Shown here piece after piece: positions 58,198-64,000 of a stretch of DNA of 64,000 nucleotides. The stretch comes from an uncultured delta proteobacterium (GTDB lineage: Bacteria; Desulfobacterota; Binatia; UBA9968). Every line of letters begins with the position of its first letter. The stretch's first letter is position 1. The DNA is taken from the NCBI GenBank assembly GCA_963816145.1, contig CAWFJP010000018.1, positions 64,001 through 128,000 on the forward strand, read 5' to 3'. The position numbers and the translations under genes are program-made. Below the pieces are notes generated by a model. The model made no database searches and was not told the origin of the DNA. It saw only the letters and a list, made by a program, of their open reading frames with translations.

Positions 58198-58500
58198 ATT
58201 TCCCCGTTTGCAGAGTCTGTTTCGGTCAGCTTGGAGTCTCCAGCGGCTGGCTTGGATCGTTCAAAGGTTCAACGGTTCAAAAGTTCAAGGTCAGATTCGG
58301 AAGAATACCGTTCCAATAATTCCGGTCGTTTCACCGGTTCCAGCGACTGCTTCGGATCGTTCAAGTGTTGAAGGACGGCTTCGGGCGGACTGGGGAGCAA
58401 AGAAGAAGGCGGAAGGACGGCGGTGATTCCGTTAAGGGTTCCCGTCGGCGGGCTCAGGGCCTGAGTTTATCGAAGGCAAGCGTTCAAGGATTTCCATCTC

Positions 58501-58728
58501 TCAGGCGGCGCCGTACTGACGGACTTCGACCTCGATCCCTGACCGGGCGGCCTCGGCTGCAGATTCTAGCAAGCTCGCGGTGATATCTCCGTCTACGTAC
58601 TCTTCACCGCAATTCGAGCAGATACTCGCGGGGACGCCTCTGAAAACTAGAGTGGCCCCCTCTTTATCCAAGGTGACTGTGACTTTGCCAGGCCGGGTCT
58701 CACCCTTTTTACAAATGACGCATTTCAT
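58501..58728 (-). CDS. YgiT-type/MqsA-like zinc finger protein
   Basis: MKCVIC, VPA.IC.NCGEEY. Confidence 0.9.
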   Translation of the reverse strand: MKCVICKKGETRPGKVTVTLDKEGATLVFRGVPASICSNCGEEYVDGDITASLLESAAEAARSGIEVEVRQYGAA

Positions 58729-59024
58729 GAGGTCTTTCTCCTTTTGAAATCAGCTTCCCAAACATCGGAATCGGGTACATAGGCCGTGATGATGACATGT
58801 TCCTTTTCGTCGAAGTTATCTGCCACGACGATGTGAAGGGGTCGATTGTTATGCCACCCAAGCAAGAGACGGCTTGGATAAGGGGTGTCATCGGGATAAT
58901 CTTCAATGATTTCTCCGGTGGCAATCACATACCGGACTTCCAGTTCGCTGATACTTCGTTGGTACATGCGCTGAATCGCGTGAACTCGAAATACCAACCG
59001 TTCAAAAACCACAACGACACCCAT
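58725..59024 (-). CDS. DUF4258 protein (putative toxin)
   Basis: HAIQRM..R.I, IEDYPDD.PYPS.L, PLHIV, ITAY.PD...W. Confidence 0.88.
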   Translation of the reverse strand: MGVVVVFERLVFRVHAIQRMYQRSISELEVRYVIATGEIIEDYPDDTPYPSRLLLGWHNNRPLHIVVADNFDEKEHVIITAYVPDSDVWEADFKRRKTS

Positions 59025-59395
59025 TAAATCAAATGACCGTTGCCTTGTAGCGACGCAAAATCTTTTTTCTTGAACTCCACTGACAAAGCTTATCTTACGC
59101 GAATCGAGATGGTGATGCCAAGCCTCAGCTCTCCGGATCGGACCCGCCTAACTCTAATCAAGAAACTGGCTCCGTTCCAATAGTTCCTGCCCTTCGATAC
59201 GGTCTTTGCGACCTACTCAGGACGAACGGAATTTTTTAATTGGGGGCCGTTCAAGGCGTTATTCGATCAAGGTCGTCCGAGCCGTTCCAGTGGTTCCAGT
59301 CGTTCCAGGGGTTCCAACGGTTTAACCTCGCGGGATCGTTCAAACGTTCAAGGTTCAAAAGTTCAACGACCGATTCGGAGCGCCGGATTAACGAC

Positions 59396-60148
59396 TTACT
59401 TATGGGGCTGCTCTTGCAGCAGATGGAGATGGTGCACTATCGCTCGGTTTAATTCCGGCGTTGCGATGGGCCGGGAACTCGTCGCCCTGTAGTGGCTGAT
59501 AAATGCGACTAATTCCGCAGAGCGGAGCACCGGAATCGTCGGACTTTTGAGGTTAAGCCGCCCGTTGGGATTTGTGAAAGCCAGTATCGGGTTCACCCAG
59601 GGAATCCTCGCGTGATACTCCCTGAACACGCCGTCGAGGCTGTTCTTGATTGCCATCGCGTTGCGCTTGGCTTGCTTGCTCAGGCTGTCAATCTCCCGCC
59701 GGTTGACATACCAACGATCGCCCCAGCAGCTCACGTAGCCCGAGTAATTCTTGGTTTCGATGACGAAAATGCCGTTGGGACCGATCACCAGATGGTCGAC
59801 GTTGCCGCACCCGTCGGGAAGCATGAGATCGTTGAGCAGGACATATTCGTTGGGCAGCGCCTTGAGCACCTCGGTAGCGGCCAACTCCCCTGCTTTGCCG
59901 GCCTGCCAATTACCCCAGCGCTTTAAGTCGGCTTTGGCGCCGGCGACGACAATGGCGCCGCCAATCAATCCGAGAAGCGGCGAGATCGTCAGAGCCAAAC
60001 CGCCGAAGACAGCGGTACCGAGCGCGACATGGCGCAGAACCAACCAGCCATGCTGTTCGATCCGCCGCTCGGTGAAATCCCCGCCATGGCGCAACAAAAG
60101 CATACCCCGGACACAGGCAAGGCCGATGCCAGGGACTCGGGGATGCAA
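59396..60148 (-). CDS. NERD-domain nuclease-related membrane protein; start uncertain
   Basis: TM helices, G..GE, NVDHLVIGPNGIFVIETKNYSG. Confidence 0.85.
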   Translation of the reverse strand: MHPRVPGIGLACVRGMLLLRHGGDFTERRIEQHGWLVLRHVALGTAVFGGLALTISPLLGLIGGAIVVAGAKADLKRWGNWQAGKAGELAATEVLKALPNEYVLLNDLMLPDGCGNVDHLVIGPNGIFVIETKNYSGYVSCWGDRWYVNRREIDSLSKQAKRNAMAIKNSLDGVFREYHARIPWVNPILAFTNPNGRLNLKSPTIPVLRSAELVAFISHYRATSSRPIATPELNRAIVHHLHLLQEQPHK

Positions 60149-60275
60149 AGTTGGCGCGATTGGCGAATTAAAGAAAAACTCGCAGTACGAAAAAGTTAAG
60201 GTGTAACTCTAACAGACATCCAAGTTTGCCACGACGGGTTACCGTTTGCGACTGGCGCTCCAAGTGAAGCTGTCT

Positions 60276-60622
60276 TCAAGGCGAAGCCGTTAGCTTGCGC
60301 AAAAGGCCGTCGACCTTCGATTTTAGATTCGGAAGATCTCGCTCAATCGCATCCCACACGATGTTCGTATCGATCACAAAGTAGTCGTGGAAAAGGATAT
60401 GCCGCATACCAATAATCTCTGTCCATGGAATATCCGGCTCGTGATCTCGCACCTCGCGCGGCAAGGCGTATGCCGCCTCGCCAATAATTTGGCGATGGCG
60501 CCCGAACCAACTCTGGATTAGCTCGTCCTTTTCAAAAGCCTGCCGCCCGCGTGCGGCGTAGCGTGTTCGATGTTGGCGATCGCATCGAGGATGTCACGGA
60601 GGCGCTCCTTCGGGTCCCTCAC
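60276..60622 (-). pseudogene. HepT/DUF86 (HEPN) toxin, frameshift near 60565
   Basis: L.DILDAI, IIGEAA, IPW..IIGMRHILFHDY. Confidence 0.82.
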
Positions 60623-60909
60623 AAGGACTCCGCTTCTTTCAAGACCCGTTCGCGGATGCGCGGTTTAAGACCATGCTCGGTGACAACGTCGACATTTACT
60701 CCGAGCAAATCTCGTAGCTCCATCAGTAGCCCGCCCAGATCGAGAAGCGTGCGGCCAGGCGCCATATCCAGCAAAAAGTCCACATCGCTATCGGGCCTCG
60801 CGTCGCCGCGCGCCACCGAACCAAAAACCCGAATATTGCGGGCGCCATGCTTGGCAGCTATCGCGCAAATCTCGATCTTGTTCTTTCCTATAAGCGCGGC
60901 GATATCCAT
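60619..60909 (-). CDS. MNT nucleotidyltransferase antitoxin
   Basis: [20 protein letters not shown]. Confidence 0.9.
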   Translation of the reverse strand: MDIAALIGKNKIEICAIAAKHGARNIRVFGSVARGDARPDSDVDFLLDMAPGRTLLDLGGLLMELRDLLGVNVDVVTEHGLKPRIRERVLKEAESL

Positions 60910-61021
60910 CGATTCACCTTTCACAAGTCACGAGGCGATATTATCTTCTTTCAGCCCTGGTTTGCCAGCCCAACCGAGGGCCACGTTTTCGTATCAACGT
61001 CATTCGGGTCGGACCCGCCTA

Positions 61022-61200
61022 ACTCTAAGAAATCGTACCGTTTTCATCCCATACAACTGTGTTTTCGAGCCTTAGAGCGTCATTTTCACCGGCAAAATTG
61101 CCCTCGTAAGCAGCACTCGGTTCGCGTAGCAACACCGTTGGCTCGCCGCGTTCGATTGAGCGGTGCCTCGCTTTGAATCCCAGTTCGTTTTGCACTTGCT
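61022..61200 (-). pseudogene. Divergent 3' fragment of a RAYT transposase
   Basis: Reads ...VQNELG...AYEGNFAGENDALRLENTVVWDE, matching the C-terminus of 34444-35232; followed by the core motif. Confidence 0.75.
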
Positions 61201-61720
61201 CGACAAAAGATCCATCCCCAACTGCAATGGCTTCGCTCCAGTGAGCCGCGCGCGTGAGCTCACCCGCGAGCGCTTCTTCGATCCATCGCTGATGGACTCG
61301 TTGAAACTCTTTTACGTCGGTGAATCCGCAACATTGAACGTGTCAGGCTTTGCTACTTTGATTATGCGGCGTTTTCGTTCCACCGCGAGGAAACGTTCGG
61401 AAACAAGCAAATAAACAAAAGCCGACACGTTTCCCGTTTCCGCTTCTTTAATTTCGGTAGCTTGGAGCGTGGCTGAAACTGCAGAATCACCGATGCGGTA
61501 GGATCTGCGTGCGGTTTTGGGCTCAAGCCTAAGTATGACTTATTTACATTGGCATCGTTGGACAAGTGTTCGCCACCTCACCACCTATCATCCAACTCAG
61601 GATAATGGCGAAAGATCCCTTGCTGATTGAAGGGCAAGCGCCGTTCGGACGCGAGATGCACACTTGCAAACGTCTGGATTACCGCCAGTTAGTGTTCCTA
61701 ACTAACGGTCCACCGACTTT

Positions 61721-62155
61721 TTACCTGAGCGCTTTCCTCAAGATGCCGACCGCGTTGTCCGCGTCCATCGCGCTGTCGAAAGCCACGTAACTTACGGAGC
61801 GTCGCCCAAGCGCCGCCGCCGAAAGACCACGCAAATTGATCCCGGCGTCGGCGATGGCTTTGGTCATTTTCGCGCCAAGTCCCGCTTTGTCGGGGCCTTC
61901 AACCCGCACCGAATGGAGGCTATCGGTCGTGGCGAAGCCTGTCCCTTGGGCCGCGCTTTTCTGTTTTGCGCCTTTGATTGGGGTGACGAAAACGACCCCT
62001 GTGCCGGGTTTATCGGCGGCGCGGCGCGCGATTAGAAACTCAAGATTTGCGCCGGCATCACTCAAGGATTGTAACTTCTCGGCCAACCCTCCCGGACGAT
62101 CGGCGATTTCGCCTGCCCAAACGTCGACTTTCTTTACCGTATACGCCATGGTCAT
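61721..62155 (-). CDS. ACT-domain (tandem) protein
   Basis: DRPGGLA..L..L..AGANLE and D.AGLG......IADAGINL; RBS AAGGAGG. Confidence 0.88.
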   Translation of the reverse strand: MTMAYTVKKVDVWAGEIADRPGGLAEKLQSLSDAGANLEFLIARRAADKPGTGVVFVTPIKGAKQKSAAQGTGFATTDSLHSVRVEGPDKAGLGAKMTKAIADAGINLRGLSAAALGRRSVSYVAFDSAMDADNAVGILRKALR

Positions 62156-62594
62156 TCCTCCTTACTGTTTGGAACTTAAGACGTAAATGGGGTGGTAATA
62201 CATTCGCGCGCCGGTCGTCAAGCGCAATGCTATCGCATTCGGGTCGGACCCGCCTAAGTTTCGCAAGGCTAGCGTTCCAATGGTTCCAGTCGTTCCACAG
62301 GTTCCAGCGGTTGGGGTTCCTAGGATCGGTTCGAAGGCTCAACGACGATTCCGCAAGGCCACCGTTCCAAGTGTTCGAGACCTTCGATACGGTCTTTGCG
62401 ACCTACTCAGGGCGAACGGAATTTTTTAATTGGGGTCCGTTCAAGTCCTTACTCGATCAAGGTCGTCGGGGCCGTTCCAATGGTTCCAGCCGTTTCAATA
62501 GTTCCAATCCTTCCAGGGGTTCCAGCGGTTAGAACTCATGGGACATTGACAGCGTTCAAGCCAATGTCTTCACTTCGATCATGCGCGGCGATGT

Positions 62595-64000
62595 TTAGTC
62601 CTGTCCCGCCGCTTGTCGTGCCTTTACCTGTGGTCCCCACTTTCGCACGGCGCCCTTCGAAAGCAGCGCCTCAAGCTCTCGACCGGCAGTGGCCCTCGAC
62701 GCTCCAGTTGCCCGTCGATACTCGCTGTTATTGATTCGCGCATGACTCTTCAAGTATTGAACGGCCTGCTTCTGTCGGTCGTTAAGCTCAAAACGACCTA
62801 ACAGATCCGCCGTCAACCAATCGCGCCACAACGTCGTCACGAAGAATCCCTGTCGCGACTCAAAATCGGGTTCGGGTAATCCGCCTTCGCGGCAAAGCTC
62901 GATCATGGTCTGGGTGCCCGATCCCACTCGCTCGATGTAGCGCGTTAAGTATAACGATTCGGCAACCAAAGGGTTGTAAGGAATTGAGGCGTGATCGTGC
63001 GCAGCGCCTCCAAGGTGAGCGAGCCGGGAAGCCTGCCGGGATTCCAGACCTCTAAGCGATCAGCGAACAGGCGCACCTCGACAGAACCATTGCTGTAAAA
63101 GTCACGATGGGCAATCGCGTTGAGGATCGCCTCACTGACGGCGTCGGGCGTAAGCTCGTAGCTGGCCGGCGCGATATTGCTTTGGCCGAGCGCCGATGGA
63201 GCGGTTGATCTTCGCGAGCACGAAATCGCGATCTTGATCCGCCGTTCGAAGAGATCGCCGCCGTAAACTTGCAGGGAGGCATGGGACGGCGGAACTCGGT
63301 GCCATGGCAGTGAATGCATTTGACTTCGGCGGTGCGCTGGAAGCGCTGCGGATGGGTACCGATCAACAGCATCGCCGCATTGGTCGGCTTGGCGCGATCA
63401 AGCGAATTGCGATGCTGAGTAAAGCCTTGGTTTCCGTGTTGGGTTTCAGCGGAAAGCCGCGCTCGCGGCGGGCGGTTTGCAAAAACCAGTCGACGTCGCT
63501 TCCGAGAAAGATTGCGCCAGAGTCGCGCAGTCGCACGTCGAGATGTCGAACGGCGGCACGCGCAGCGCGCCCATATCATCGAGCTTGATCCACCAGACTG
63601 GCATAGACTTCGGCGGTCAGAGCGATGGCATCTTCGACGCGGCGGCGAACCTGTTGACCTCTGGCTTTGCTCACCGTGGCGCATATTCGCGGCGCGGTTC
63701 GGGGTGTCCTCGCTGCACAGACATAGATCAGTCGATCTTGATGTAACGAATCGCGTGATCGTAATCAGGTTCGGTGGACGACATCCCGTTGGTCTCGACG
63801 GATTCATTCCAAGCAGTCCGAGATAGACATCGCGCGCTCGACCTCTTTCAAATACACTTCGTAAGCGCGCCGGTCTTTGGCGAGCAGGTCCCGAACAGAA
63901 ACCCTCGGTGATGAATCGCTGCAACACTGCGTGGACAACTCAACGAGGATATCGATATCCTGGCGCATCAGGCGAACTCTGTCTGAACTGCTGTAAAAGT
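62595..64000 (-). pseudogene. Fragmented DUF4062 / RecG-like HATPase_c_4 / HTH protein (runs off the window end)
   Basis: YLGLLG, TNAAMLL, EAILNAIAHRD, DRLEVWNPG, YIERVGSGT, LNDRQ..A. Confidence 0.72.

Noticed and set aside
59145-62257. GTTAGGC next to three cores as integron attC/attI sites
   Set aside because: It matches GTTRRRY in two copies, but I found no paired RYYYAAC with an attC stem, no IntI gene is present, and cassette orientation is mixed. An IntegronFinder run would settle it
56878-62530. Repeat blocks as a CRISPR array
   Set aside because: No constant repeat-spacer period, the units are degenerate 7-9-mers, and there are no cas genes

Overview
Bacterial genomic window, GC-rich. 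The paralogous amidohydrolases and ABC substrate-binding proteins suggest Candidatus Binatia or a related deltaproteobacterial lineage (inference). Bases 1-26 kb are ordinary core and metabolic genes: oxidoreductase, GGT, amidohydrolases, fusA-like, coaX, birA, nadC, valS, tRNA-Leu(CAG), cytochrome c with a PuuD-like membrane domain, polyprenyl synthase, menG/ubiE, an orphan nuoB, csp, prkA-yeaH-spoVR and aroE. From the 3' end of aroE (duplicated at 29.86 kb) to the window end the DNA is an accessory mosaic. It holds 7 toxin-antitoxin pairs plus an orphan antitoxin, a RelA-type gene, small catabolic cassettes, a degraded PHP/ABC-ATPase gene and a type I R-M locus interrupted by a DUF4338-ISAs1 element. 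It also holds four fragments of REP-associated Y1/HUH transposases (RAYT). The modules are repeatedly bounded by a 12-bp GGTCCGACCCGG-type motif, often in a bipartite CTCTAAG...61-62 bp...core arrangement, sometimes with an IHF consensus. GTTCCA/GTTCAA micro-repeat spacers also separate them. The best candidate for an undescribed system is this integron-like, RAYT-associated cassette array, which has no integrase. Many frameshifts (45-57 kb, 62.6-64 kb and scattered elsewhere) may be sequencing or assembly errors. All product calls come from motif recognition by eye, not database searches.
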